Source of the DNA: Mycobacteriales bacterium
GTDB taxonomy: Bacteria; Actinomycetota; Actinomycetes; Mycobacteriales; Nakamurellaceae
Direction: 5' to 3'
DNA: 64,000 bases
Assembly (NCBI GenBank): GCA_038204125.1
Contig: JBBRDH010000003.1
Coordinates: forward strand, 7,326-71,325
The first letter of the stretch is position 1. Each line of letters starts with the position of its first letter. Below, in pieces: positions 1 through 10,539 of the stretch. The notes under the pieces were generated by a model. The model had not been told where the DNA came from. It saw only the letters and a list, made by a program, of their open reading frames with translations, and did no database searches. The position numbers and the translations under genes were made by a program.

Positions 1-919
<919 letters not shown>

Positions 920-936
<17 letters not shown>

Positions 937-2341
937 GCCCCAGCTCCCGCGCCGGCCCGGCCGATCGCGACGGGCCGGTTCGAGGAAGGCAGGTTCCGGT
1001 CGGGTGGGGTCGCTGACCACGCGCGGCCGGTGTCTTCTCGCCGGCGGGCTTGCCGCGCTCGTCTGCGCCCTGGTTCTGGACGAACGCGACCTGGTGCGGA
1101 TCGGTGTGTTCGCCGCCGCGCTGCCACTCGTCGCGATCGGACTGACCGCATTGCGCAGCACCGCATTGACCGCACAGCACATGGTCGTCCCGGAGCAACT
1201 GCGGCCCGGTATGCCGGGACACGTCGTCCTCCAGCTCCGCAATGCCGGACCTGGTCGGACTCCGACCCTGGAGATCTCGGAGGCGCCGATCCCCGGGCTC
1301 TTCGCCGGAATGCGCTTCCTGCTTGCGCCCATCAAGCGGGGCGTTGGGTCAAGGGTGGTGTATCCGGTCAATGCCGAACATCGGGGTCGATTCGTGCTCG
1401 GTCCGCCCAGGGTGCGGGTCTGTGATCCGTTCGACCTGTGGGAAAGCACGAAGTCGTTGGATGTCCGCACCGAACTGCTGGTAGTTCCGGCGGTCGTCAC
1501 GCTGACCGGCATGCCGCGAAGTTCCGGGGCCCGGTCCGCCGCGTCCGGGCGGGCGGCGGTGGGCACCATCGGCGGCGACCCTGACATCGGTGTCCGGCAG
1601 TACCGCAACGGGGACGACATCAGGACCGTCCACTGGCGGGCCTCCGCCCGGCACGACGAACTCATGGTCCGGCTCGCCGAGCCCGTTTCCCACGGGGGCG
1701 CGACCGTGGTCCTCGACTCCCGGGTCGCCGCCCATCGGGGCGCGGGGCCGCAGTCAAGCCTGGAGACGGCGATCGTGATGGCCGCCTCTGTCGCCCTTCA
1801 TCTGATCGACTCGGACCATCAGGTCCGGCTGATGTCCCATGCCGGCCAGACGATCGCGCAGGGGCACGACATCGCCGACGACGTCCTGGCCGGTCTGGCG
1901 CTGCTGGACCCCGATCCCAGGCCCGCCTTCTCGGCGTTGAGCATCGGCCGGACCGGGCTCGTGGTAGCGGTGGTCGGGAGTATGAGCGTGGGCGACGCCA
2001 AGCTGCTGGCTGTCTCCCGCAGCCGCTCGGTCAACGCCATCGCCTTCATCCTGGACACCGAACATTGGGTCGGTGCCCGTCCCGGTCCCAGTCCGGCCGG
2101 TCCCAGTGCGGCCGGTCCCAGCGCGCCCGGAGACCGGGCCGCGCAGACGGCAACGGCTCTCGGCGACGCCGGCTGGCGGGTGGTGAGCATCAGACCCGGG
2201 GAGGATCTGGCGCTGGCCTGGCGCCGGGCCTGCGATTCCGACGACGGATACAGCCGGGGCGCTCTCCTGCGGCCGCCGGCTTCGGCTGCAGGTGGAGCAG
2301 GGGCCCGGGTCGCTGTGGCCGGCAGTCGGCGGCTCTCGTGA
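920..2341 (+). CDS. DUF58 domain protein (MoxR partner)
   Basis: N-terminal TM, VRQYRNGDDIRTVHWRASAR motif; overlaps MoxR stop. Confidence 0.9.
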
Positions 2342-4710
2342 GCACGCCCACGCTGACGCCCGGTCGCGACGGAGCCCTGGCAGGACGGCCGGGTTGGCCG
2401 CTCCCTCCGGTTCCCGGTGGCTCTCCGTCGGCCGCAACCCCCCACCCGACCGGCCCGGGCGCTCCGGCCGCGGCCCCCGTCGAGGCAGGTCCGACCTTCC
2501 TCGCCGCAGCAGCGATCGTCGCGGGCTCGACGGCGTTGAACACCTCACTGGTCGGCCGCAGCTGGGTGCTGCCACTCGTGGAGGTGGTGGCCGTCATCTG
2601 GCTGGTCGGGGTGGGTGGGCGGCTGATCAGGGTCCCAACGGTAGTCACCGTGTTGCTCCAGGCTGCGGGCTTCGCGATCGCGCTGACCTCGCTGTTCACC
2701 TCCAGCGGGTACGGCGGGGTGGTGCCGAACAGGGCGGTGCTGGGCGAGGCGGGCGCGCTGATCCGCGGGGCCTGGCAGCAGATCGTCGACACCGCCCCGC
2801 CGGCACCCTCGACGCCGGAGCTCAGCTTCCTGATCGCGCTGTCCGTCGGATGTGCCGCGATCATCGCCGACTTCCTCGTCGCGGAGGCCAGGACGCCGGC
2901 GCTGGTGGCATTGCCGCTGCTGTGCCTGTACTCGATACCGGCATCCATCGACGGGTCGATGTTGCCCTGGTACGCGTTCGCCGGACCGGCGGTGATCTAT
3001 GCCCTGATGCTCGCCGTCACCGGACAGCCTGGTCGACAGGTCGGCGGCCGGGCAGGTCTGGGGCTGGCGCTCAACGGAACCGCTATCACCGGGGCCGCGG
3101 CGGTTGCTGCGCTGGTACTCGCCGGTTCGGCGACCAGTGTCGGCACAACCGGTCGGCTACCGCATACCAACGGCCCGAACAGCCAGGTCGGGCTCAACCC
3201 CTTCACGTCTCTGCACGGCAGCCTTCGCGAGTCGGCGACGATCAACCTGATGACGCTCACCGGCCTGCCCGGCCCCGACTACCTGCGGACCGTGGCGCTG
3301 ACGAAAGTGACCCCGGCCTTCGGCTTTGCGCCAGGCGACCTGCGCGCCGATGCTGCGAATATCAACGGTGCGCTGCCCGGAAGTGGTCCAGGTCCGGACG
3401 ACGTCACCGTGACGGTCAACTCCACCAACTTTCGCGACAGGTACCTGCCGATCCTGTCCAACACCCGGTCGGTGACGGGCCTGAGTGATCCCTGGAACTA
3501 CGACGCCGGCCTGTCCACCGTTTTCCGGGCCGACCCGGTGAAGCCCAGCAACTATCAGGTCCGCGCCGACATTTCCAAGCCCACCCCGCAGGCGCTGCGG
3601 GCCGACACGGTGACCGGCGGCGGTTCGTTGACCGAGACGGGCGCCCTGTCCACCCTGGTCCTGACGAAGGCCCAGGAGGTCACCGCCAAGGCGCAGACGG
3701 CGTTCGACAAGGCCCAGGCCCTGACGAGATGGTTCACCGACCCCGCCAACGGCTTCCAGTACTCACTGTCCGTTCCGACCGGCAGTGGCGGTGACGCGCT
3801 GGTCGACTTCCTCACCAACAAGCGGGGCTACTGCGAGCAGTTCGCCTCCGCCGAGGGGGTGATGCTCCGGGCGCTCAACATCCCCACCCGAGTGGTCGTC
3901 GGCTTCACCCAGGGCGTCCGTCGTCCAGACAGCAGCTACCTGATCACCAACCACGACGCCCATGCCTGGGTGGAGGTCAAGTTCGACAGGGAGGGTTGGG
4001 TCCGCTTCGACCCGACACCACCGGTCGGCGGCCAGGGCGGTCAGCAGGGATTCGAAACCACACCCAATGCGCTCCCCACGCCGACCGGGGGCTCTTCGGC
4101 GTTTCCGACCCGGGCCAGCGCGAAGCTGCCGAACGATCCGGCGGAGCTCTCGTCCACCGGGCCTGCCCCGGGGGCCGGTACCCAGAACCTCGCAGGTGGC
4201 ACCGGCTCATCCTCGGCGTGGCGGCCGGTGCTCACCTCCGTCCTATTGGTTCTCGTCGTATTGGCGGTGCTGCTGCTACCCGCCGCGGTACGGCAGGGTA
4301 AGCGACGGCGGCGGCTCGCATTGATTGCCACCGGCAACCCGGGGGCAGCGGCGGCGGCCTGGACCGAGATCGAGGACACGGCCATCGACCACGGGGTCGT
4401 CCCTGCGGTCGCCGATTCAACCCGGGCCACAGCGAATCGGATCGCCCGTCGAGCGCACCTCGGCGAGGATGCCAAGAAGTCCCTGCGGGTCGTGGTCATG
4501 GCCGCCGAACGGGAGTGGTACTCGGCCGATTCCCCCGCCCCGGAGGCTGATTCTGCGGGTGCCCCCCGTCCCCACGCGCCCGGGTCGGCGGACGGGTTGC
4601 TGCCCGGCGCACTGACGGCGGGGGTGCGGACAGTGCGGGACGGCCTGCGCCACCATGCGCCACAACGCCCGCTGGCCCGGCTGGCGCCCCGCTCCCTTCG
4701 GCGTCGGTAG
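2338..4710 (+). CDS. Transglutaminase TgpA-family membrane protein
   Basis: Multi-TM N-terminus, GYCEQFAS catalytic Cys, HAWVEV, WVRFDPTP; GTGA overlap with DUF58 stop suggests start at 2338. Confidence 0.9.
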   Translation: MSTPTLTPGRDGALAGRPGWPLPPVPGGSPSAATPHPTGPGAPAAAPVEAGPTFLAAAAIVAGSTALNTSLVGRSWVLPLVEVVAVIWLVGVGGRLIRVPTVVTVLLQAAGFAIALTSLFTSSGYGGVVPNRAVLGEAGALIRGAWQQIVDTAPPAPSTPELSFLIALSVGCAAIIADFLVAEARTPALVALPLLCLYSIPASIDGSMLPWYAFAGPAVIYALMLAVTGQPGRQVGGRAGLGLALNGTAITGAAAVAALVLAGSATSVGTTGRLPHTNGPNSQVGLNPFTSLHGSLRESATINLMTLTGLPGPDYLRTVALTKVTPAFGFAPGDLRADAANINGALPGSGPGPDDVTVTVNSTNFRDRYLPILSNTRSVTGLSDPWNYDAGLSTVFRADPVKPSNYQVRADISKPTPQALRADTVTGGGSLTETGALSTLVLTKAQEVTAKAQTAFDKAQALTRWFTDPANGFQYSLSVPTGSGGDALVDFLTNKRGYCEQFASAEGVMLRALNIPTRVVVGFTQGVRRPDSSYLITNHDAHAWVEVKFDREGWVRFDPTPPVGGQGGQQGFETTPNALPTPTGGSSAFPTRASAKLPNDPAELSSTGPAPGAGTQNLAGGTGSSSAWRPVLTSVLLVLVVLAVLLLPAAVRQGKRRRRLALIATGNPGAAAAAWTEIEDTAIDHGVVPAVADSTRATANRIARRAHLGEDAKKSLRVVVMAAEREWYSADSPAPEADSAGAPRPHAPGSADGLLPGALTAGVRTVRDGLRHHAPQRPLARLAPRSLRRR

Positions 4711-4730
4711 CGATCGGTACGGCTCTTGGC

Positions 4731-4806
4731 GCTGATCAAAGTCGGCTGCGCTGATCAAAGTCGGGTGCGCGGACGAAAGTCGGCTGCGCTGATCAAATTT
4801 GGCTGC
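4731..4806 (+). repeat. Tandem array of four 19-bp units (GCTGATCAAAGTCGGCTGC consensus)
   Basis: Units at 4731, 4750, 4769, 4788 read directly. Confidence 0.9.
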
Positions 4807-4865
4807 GCGGACCAAATCGGCCCATTTGTGACGGGTGGGGCGGGTGAGTCCGACTTTGTCCGCGC
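4805..4865. repeat. REP-like imperfect palindrome, copy 1
   Basis: GCGCGGACCAAATCGG...CCGACTTTGTCCGCGC; similar to 19666-19725 and 19810-19870. Confidence 0.75.
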
Positions 4866-4981
4866 GACGGCCCCTCGACCGGCCCCTCGCAGCCCGATCG
4901 CACTCCTACCGCCTCGTCTTCGCGACGACGCGCATGCGACAGTCGATCACCAAGTTGGCGGACGAAGTCAAGGACTGAAGC

Positions 4982-5359
4982 TCAGCTCTGCTCGTCGAAC
5001 CGGCGGCGGAACCGCTCTTCCATCCGCTCCGAGAGCGACGACGAGCCGCCGGCGGGCGGGTCGGAGGCCTTGCCGGCCATCCGGGCACCGGGCTGGCCGA
5101 ACACGAACAGTCCGACCGAGCCGACCATGACCAGGAAACCGGTGACACTGACGATCACGCCCACGGTCAGAGCACCCTGGGTCGCGATCACCCCGACGAC
5201 GAGCAGAACCAGACCGACCAGGAACGCGGCGGCAGCGACGATCGGCCGACGCCGCCGAATCCGGCTGACGTTGACGCTGGTCGCAAATTTGGGGTCGTCG
5301 TGATAGAGCGCACGTTCAATTTCTTCGAGCATGCGCTGCTCGTGCTCGGAGAGCGGCAT
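4982..5359 (-). CDS. DUF3040 domain membrane protein
   Basis: MPLSEHEQRMLEEIERALYHDDPKFA signature, two TM helices, C-terminal RMEERFRRRFDE. Confidence 0.92.
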   Translation of the reverse strand: MPLSEHEQRMLEEIERALYHDDPKFATSVNVSRIRRRRPIVAAAAFLVGLVLLVVGVIATQGALTVGVIVSVTGFLVMVGSVGLFVFGQPGARMAGKASDPPAGGSSSLSERMEERFRRRFDEQS

Positions 5360-5458
5360 GTGTCCTCCTCCGGCAGCCGACGGGACGTGGTCGGTCGTTG
5401 GGGAAACGGACGTCAAACGACGACCTCTCCCAAGGATACGAGCACTCGGCGAGTACTT

Positions 5459-6739
5459 CTAGCCGCCGGTCGAATCTTGTTCAGAATCGGGCAGAACGGG
5501 TCTGGCCGGACGGTCGAAAAGAGCGGCCCGACGTACTGCGGCCAGGCCGCCGAAGCGGGCATTCGCCCGGTCCAGCGCCGACTCCGCCGCCCGCCAGCCG
5601 GGGCGCTCGTCGTCGACACCCAGGGTGAGCTGTTCGGTCACCCCGCCGGCCTGGACCAGCCCCTCCAGCCTGACGCCGAGCAACCGGATCAGCCGTCCGG
5701 TCGCCGACGACCTGGTCAGCAGGTCCGTGGCCGCCGCGTGGACCACGCCAGAAAGGTCGGTGGGCGTGGCCAACGTCCGCGAGCGGGTGATGGTGCTGAA
5801 GTCCTCGAAACGCACCTTGAGTACGACTGTTCGGCCACGGACGCCGGCCGCTCTGGCCCGATGTGCGGTGCGTTCGGCCAACTCGAGCAGCTGTCGGTTG
5901 AGAAACGCCCGATCGCGTGTGTCGCTGCCGAAGGTGTGCTCGGCTCCGATCGACGACTCGGACCCGGCGGGGTCGACCTGGCGGTCGTCCAGGCCGTTGG
6001 CGAGATCGTGAAGTTTGTTGCCTGCGGCCTCGCCGACCGCGCGGATCAGAGCCTTGCGGTCGGTGGCCGCGATTTCGCCGACGGTGAGCAGCCCCAGCGA
6101 CTCGAGTTTGACGGCGGTCCGGGGGCCGACACCCCAGAGAGCGCGGATCGGCAACGGTCGGAGCAGCCCGTTCACCTCGGCCGGGGGGACGACGAGCAGC
6201 CCGTCCGGCTTGGCCAGGCCGGAGGCGAGTTTGGCGACGAATTTGCTTGCGGCGGCCCCGACGCTGGCGGTCAGTCCGAGATCTGCGCTCAGTCGGGCCC
6301 TGATCGACGTCGCGATCCGGCCCGGCCTCCCGGCGAGCCGGCGGGCACCGGCCACGTCCAGGAAGGCCTCGTCGACCGACAGTTGCTCCACCAGTGGGGT
6401 GACGTCCCGGAAGATCTCCATCACCTGCCCGGATGCGGCGGCGTAGCTGCGGTGATCAGGCTCAACAACCACGATTCCCGGGCACATCACCTTGGCCCGG
6501 CTGGTGGGCATCGCCGACCGCACCCCACTCCTGCGCGCCTCGTAGGTCGCGGAGAGTACGACTCCCCGGCCACCGTCCACGGCCACCATCATCGGGCGCC
6601 CGCGGAGTTCGGGGCGCCGGCGGAGTTCGACACTCGCGAAGAAGGCGTCCATATCGACGTGCAGGATTGTGCACCGGCTGTCGTCAACTGCATCGACGTC
6701 ATCGGTGACGTGCCGGCGGCCGTCAGCACTTCTACCCAC
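5459..6739 (-). CDS. dinB: DNA polymerase IV (Y family)
   Basis: ILHVDMDAFFASVE, SATYEAR, SVDEAFLD, LWGVGP motifs; exact start uncertain. Confidence 0.95.
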   Translation of the reverse strand: MGRSADGRRHVTDDVDAVDDSRCTILHVDMDAFFASVELRRRPELRGRPMMVAVDGGRGVVLSATYEARRSGVRSAMPTSRAKVMCPGIVVVEPDHRSYAAASGQVMEIFRDVTPLVEQLSVDEAFLDVAGARRLAGRPGRIATSIRARLSADLGLTASVGAAASKFVAKLASGLAKPDGLLVVPPAEVNGLLRPLPIRALWGVGPRTAVKLESLGLLTVGEIAATDRKALIRAVGEAAGNKLHDLANGLDDRQVDPAGSESSIGAEHTFGSDTRDRAFLNRQLLELAERTAHRARAAGVRGRTVVLKVRFEDFSTITRSRTLATPTDLSGVVHAAATDLLTRSSATGRLIRLLGVRLEGLVQAGGVTEQLTLGVDDERPGWRAAESALDRANARFGGLAAVRRAALFDRPARPVLPDSEQDSTGG

Positions 6740-6820
6740 AGGTACTGGCCACTGGTGCTGCCCAAGGGTGTGACGCAGTGCCGCGACCCGTGCTGACGTG
6801 CATTGCGGGGCCTGTCCGTA

Positions 6821-7666
6821 TCAGGTTGTCTGCTGCCGGGCGGCTCCCGGCCGACCGCTGGAATCCGGTCCATCGGCAGCGGTAGCGTCCGGCTTGTGGG
6901 CGAGCGCATGCAGATCAGCGCCGATCTCCCGCAGCTCACGGTGCGTTGACAAGGCTGAGTCGAGCTTGATGAGTCCGTCTTCGGCGGTCCCCCGACGGGC
7001 ACCGGACAGCAGGCCGGATGCAACATCGACCCCGATCACCTCGTCGACAATCAACCCGCAACCGGTCAGCAGGTCGTTCAGACTGCTGACCTCGTAGCGC
7101 CGCAACAGGGGGTCACCCTGGCCGAAACTGCCGGCCGGATCGACCAGCATGGCCAGCGAATCGGCGGCCCGACCGGCGACGGCCTGACTGAGGATCGCGG
7201 CGAATCGACCGGCGACGAGGATGGAGACCACACCGCCCGGCCGCAGGGCGCCGGTGATCGCGGAAACCACCGCAGCGGGGTCGTCGACCGTTTCCAGCAG
7301 GTGATGGCAGAGCGCAAGGTCGGCGCCCCCCTGGGTGACTACGCCCGACAGAGCGTCGGCGTCGGCCTGAACCCCGGAGATCCGGTCCGCGACCCCGGCG
7401 TCGGCGGCCCGCCGGCCGAGGATGGCCAGCGCATCGATCGACGAATCGACAACCAGGACCGAGCAGCCCCGGCGGGCCAGCGGCACCGCTCTGGTTCCAC
7501 TTCCGCCGCCGACGTCGATGACCCTGGCTCCGGGCAGCCGCGCGGCGAGGTCGCCGAGGATGCCGTCGACCGGGTCGGCGGGCGCGGGTGATGGCCGTAC
7601 CGGCTTCGTGGGGTGATTCACCGCGGGATGGTGCAGCGCGGGTTGCTTCAGCGCCGGATCATTCAC
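6821..7666 (-). CDS. Class I SAM-dependent methyltransferase
   Basis: VIDVGGGSGT motif I, DLALCHHLLE, LRPGG; true start may be downstream. Confidence 0.85.
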   Translation of the reverse strand: MNDPALKQPALHHPAVNHPTKPVRPSPAPADPVDGILGDLAARLPGARVIDVGGGSGTRAVPLARRGCSVLVVDSSIDALAILGRRAADAGVADRISGVQADADALSGVVTQGGADLALCHHLLETVDDPAAVVSAITGALRPGGVVSILVAGRFAAILSQAVAGRAADSLAMLVDPAGSFGQGDPLLRRYEVSSLNDLLTGCGLIVDEVIGVDVASGLLSGARRGTAEDGLIKLDSALSTHRELREIGADLHALAHKPDATAADGPDSSGRPGAARQQTT

Positions 7667-7875
7667 TGCGCTCCCTTCTCTACGGCGGTCGGCCAGGTCG
7701 AGGACGGGCGGTCGAACGGGACGCGACAGAACGGTTCCGACCAGATATCCGGCGGGACGAAGCGTTGGGCAGGGGCCTGCGAACCGGCCGATGGACCGGC
7801 GAAAGCAGCGTATCCGGCAAAGGCCCCACGCCGAAGCGACGGACCGCGGATGTTCAGGTGGGAGGGCTGTACGGT

Positions 7876-8670
7876 GTGGCGGTGCTCGTGGCCGCCGTTC
7901 TCAGTCTGAAGGGTGGCGTGGGCAAGACGACGGTGGCGCTGGGCCTGGTTTCCGCGGCCGTCCATCGGGGTCTGGAGACGGTGCTGGTCGATCTTGACCC
8001 CCAGGGCAACGCGACCGCCACCGTGGATGCCGATCAGAGCGGCCCCAGCGTCGCCGAGGTGATGGCCGACCCCCGTCGTTCTGTCGTCGCGGCCGCGCTG
8101 CGGACGTCGTCCTGGGGCCCGAACCTACGCGTCATTCCCGGCAGCGAGGCCACGGAGGCGCACAACCATCCCGACCCGGGCAACAAGCAGTTGGCCCGAC
8201 TTGCCACGGCGCTGGGAAAGCTGGACCCCGCACCGGACCTGGTGATCATCGACTGTCCGCCTTCACTCGGTCAGCTCACCCGCAGTGCCCTGGTCGCGGC
8301 GGACCGGGCAGTTCTGGTCACGGAGCCATCCCTCTACGCGGTGACCGGCGTACAGCGTGCACTCGAAGCGGTGCAGACGGAGCGGCGGACGCACCGCGCT
8401 TTGCAGCCCCTCGGAGTGGTGGTGAATCGGGTGCGGCCCAGGGCGGCCGAACACGAGTACCGGATGGCCGAGCTGCGGGAGCTGTTCGGCCCGCTCGTCC
8501 TCAGTCCGATCCTCCCCGACCGGTCGGCGATCCAGCAGGCACAGGGCGCGGGCATCGCGATCCACCGCTGGCCGACCGCGGGTGCCCGCGAGATAGCGCT
8601 CATGTTCGATGTACTGCTGGACCGCCTGCTGAGGTCGGCGAAGCAGCCCGGTCCCCGCTCCCGCGGCTGA
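7876..8670 (+). CDS. ParA/Soj-family ATPase
   Basis: Deviant Walker A SLKGGVGKTT, DLDPQGNAT, IIDCPPSLG; GTG start inferred. Confidence 0.92.
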   Translation: MAVLVAAVLSLKGGVGKTTVALGLVSAAVHRGLETVLVDLDPQGNATATVDADQSGPSVAEVMADPRRSVVAAALRTSSWGPNLRVIPGSEATEAHNHPDPGNKQLARLATALGKLDPAPDLVIIDCPPSLGQLTRSALVAADRAVLVTEPSLYAVTGVQRALEAVQTERRTHRALQPLGVVVNRVRPRAAEHEYRMAELRELFGPLVLSPILPDRSAIQQAQGAGIAIHRWPTAGAREIALMFDVLLDRLLRSAKQPGPRSRG

Positions 8671-8920
8671 TTCGCCGGCTGCCGCCGCCGACCCGGGCCG
8701 GCGTTCCTCTCGCCCGCGGGTCGGCAGCCCCGCCGGTGTATCCGCGGGGTCGGCGGGCCCGCCGGCGCCTGTCACCCAAGCCTGAGCCACCACGGACCAC
8801 CGCACACAGCCAAAGCCAACCGGGGCTGATCGGCAGGCCTGATCGACAGGCTGGCCGGACACGTGTGACCGGACAGGCCTGATTCCGACTGCCTGCCTCG
8901 ACGGCCCGCCTCGACCAGAC

Positions 8921-9472
8921 CTACCCGGAGCGGGCCTGATCGGACAGGCTCCGCTCAACCAGGTCCAGGAACACCGCGCACTGCCGGACCATGTCGTCGG
9001 CCTCCCGTGGGGTGACGAGGCGGGTGATGCCGGCGTCTGCGGCCTGACGCTTCGCCGAGCCCGCCGCGAAGAAATTGGCCCATTCGGAGAACTCGGGCGT
9101 CAGCTTCCCCATCAACTCCCATGCGCTCGCCCGCCGACCCGGGAGTGGCCGGGCGCGCGCGGCGAGGATCGCGGCGGCGCCGCGGAGCGCCGCCAGGTGC
9201 GCCGCCGAATAGCGGTCGGTCGCCTGGTCGGCGCCGATCGCACGGCCCAGACCCCGTCCGGCGTCGGCCAGCAGATCCCTTGCCGCCTGCGGCACGCCGA
9301 GCGGACCGACAACCCCCGGCCAGGACGGTGCAGCGGGTCTCCGGCCCGGCGCCCTGGACTGACCGCTCCGCTTGCCGGGCGCCCTCGTCCCTGTCCTCAC
9401 CACTGCAGCCGACCGACGCTCCCGATGATCACCCGGGTACTCGACGGGATGTTCGATGGGGTCATCATTCAT
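8921..9472 (-). CDS. SAV_6107-like HEPN-domain protein
   Basis: RYSAAHLAALRGAAAILAARA, AWELM..PEFSEWANFFAAGS.KR, VTPREADDM; frame is open further upstream. Confidence 0.8.
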   Translation of the reverse strand: MNDDPIEHPVEYPGDHRERRSAAVVRTGTRAPGKRSGQSRAPGRRPAAPSWPGVVGPLGVPQAARDLLADAGRGLGRAIGADQATDRYSAAHLAALRGAAAILAARARPLPGRRASAWELMGKLTPEFSEWANFFAAGSAKRQAADAGITRLVTPREADDMVRQCAVFLDLVERSLSDQARSG

Positions 9473-9568
9473 GCTTGCCTCTTGGCGGCGGGTCGCTACG
9501 GTCGTCGTCACTGGAGTCTCACGGTCCTCTCCCACTTCGTCTCGGAATTCAGATTGCCGAACGCCACC

Positions 9569-9611
9569 CGACTGGGTGTCCAGCGACTGGGTGTCCAGCG
9601 ACTGGGTGTCC
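9569..9611. repeat. 15-bp tandem repeat x3 (CGACTGGGTGTCCAG)
   Basis: Read directly. Confidence 0.9.
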
Positions 9612-9665
9612 GCCGAGCCCTGGCTGCCAGCCACGCCGCATTCCACAACCCCGTTCTGCGGCGCT

Positions 9666-9681
9666 TCGAACCTGTGTTCGA
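9666..9681. promoter_or_regulatory. LexA (SOS) box, perfect consensus
   Basis: TCGAACCTGTGTTCGA matches TCGAAC-N4-GTTCGA; abuts TAGAAT (-10-like, minus strand, 9681-9686). Confidence 0.85.
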
Positions 9682-9903
9682 TTCTATACCCGGGGACGGC
9701 AAAGCGCCAGACCCGGAACCAGAATGGTTGTGCCACCGCGTCGGTAGCCGAACGCGCGGGCCGTGCTTCGATTCGCACGGCCGGAGGTCGGTTCAGCTCT
9801 TCCGGACCCCGTCGTGGTGGGATGAGGCCATGATTTGGAATTCCGGCAGGCGGGCGCCCGCTGTCACCCGGCTGCGGTTGCCACCTCCGGTGGGCGCGTT
9901 CCG

Positions 9904-10500
9904 GTGACCAATACGGTGACCGGCCTGCGGGTGCTGTCCCCGGCCACCTTCCGCCGACGCCTGCCGGAGCTGATCGGGGTCTATGTCGAGGCGATGAACT
10001 ATCCGCCGGGAATCGCCTCGGCGCGGTCGGGTCTGTGGGACGAGCACAGCCGACGGGAAGGTTTTGCCGCCGTCGTCGCCCTCGACCCGACCGAGCAGAT
10101 CCGCGGGCTTGCCTACGGCTACATCGGTCGGCCGGGCCAGTGGTGGTTCTCCGAGGTGCATCGGGGCCTGACCGTCGAACAGCTGATGCGTCGCAGCGAA
10201 ACCACTTGGCTCGCCGACTTCTTCGAGCTGACCGAGTTGCACGTGCGGCCGGACTCGCAGGGCGCCGGACTCGGCCAGGGACTCCTGACGTCCCTGCTCG
10301 CCGACCGACAGGAGTCCGCTGTACTGCTGTCCACCCCCGAAGGCACCAACCGGGCGTGGCGGCTCTACCGCCGGATGGGCTTCGTGGACGTGCTGCGCAA
10401 CTACCGGTTCACCGGTGACCCGCGGCCGTTCGCGGTGCTCGGTCGCCGGCTGCCGCTCCCGCCCGACAACCAGCCGAACGACCGGCAGTCCGGCGGGTGA
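9904..10500 (+). CDS. GNAT-family N-acetyltransferase
   Basis: LTELHVRPDSQGAGLG acetyl-CoA motif, AWRLYRRMGF. Confidence 0.88.
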   Translation: MTNTVTGLRVLSPATFRRRLPELIGVYVEAMNYPPGIASARSGLWDEHSRREGFAAVVALDPTEQIRGLAYGYIGRPGQWWFSEVHRGLTVEQLMRRSETTWLADFFELTELHVRPDSQGAGLGQGLLTSLLADRQESAVLLSTPEGTNRAWRLYRRMGFVDVLRNYRFTGDPRPFAVLGRRLPLPPDNQPNDRQSGG

Positions 10501-10539
10501 CCACAGCGCGCCCGGTCCGGCAGGCTGCGGCCGGGCCGG

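Noticed and set aside
4731-4865. Mini-CRISPR
   Set aside because: 19-bp units abut directly with no unique spacers
7588-8670. Plasmid/prophage partition locus
   Set aside because: No parB, parS, rep or integrase nearby; looks like an orphan chromosomal ParA homolog
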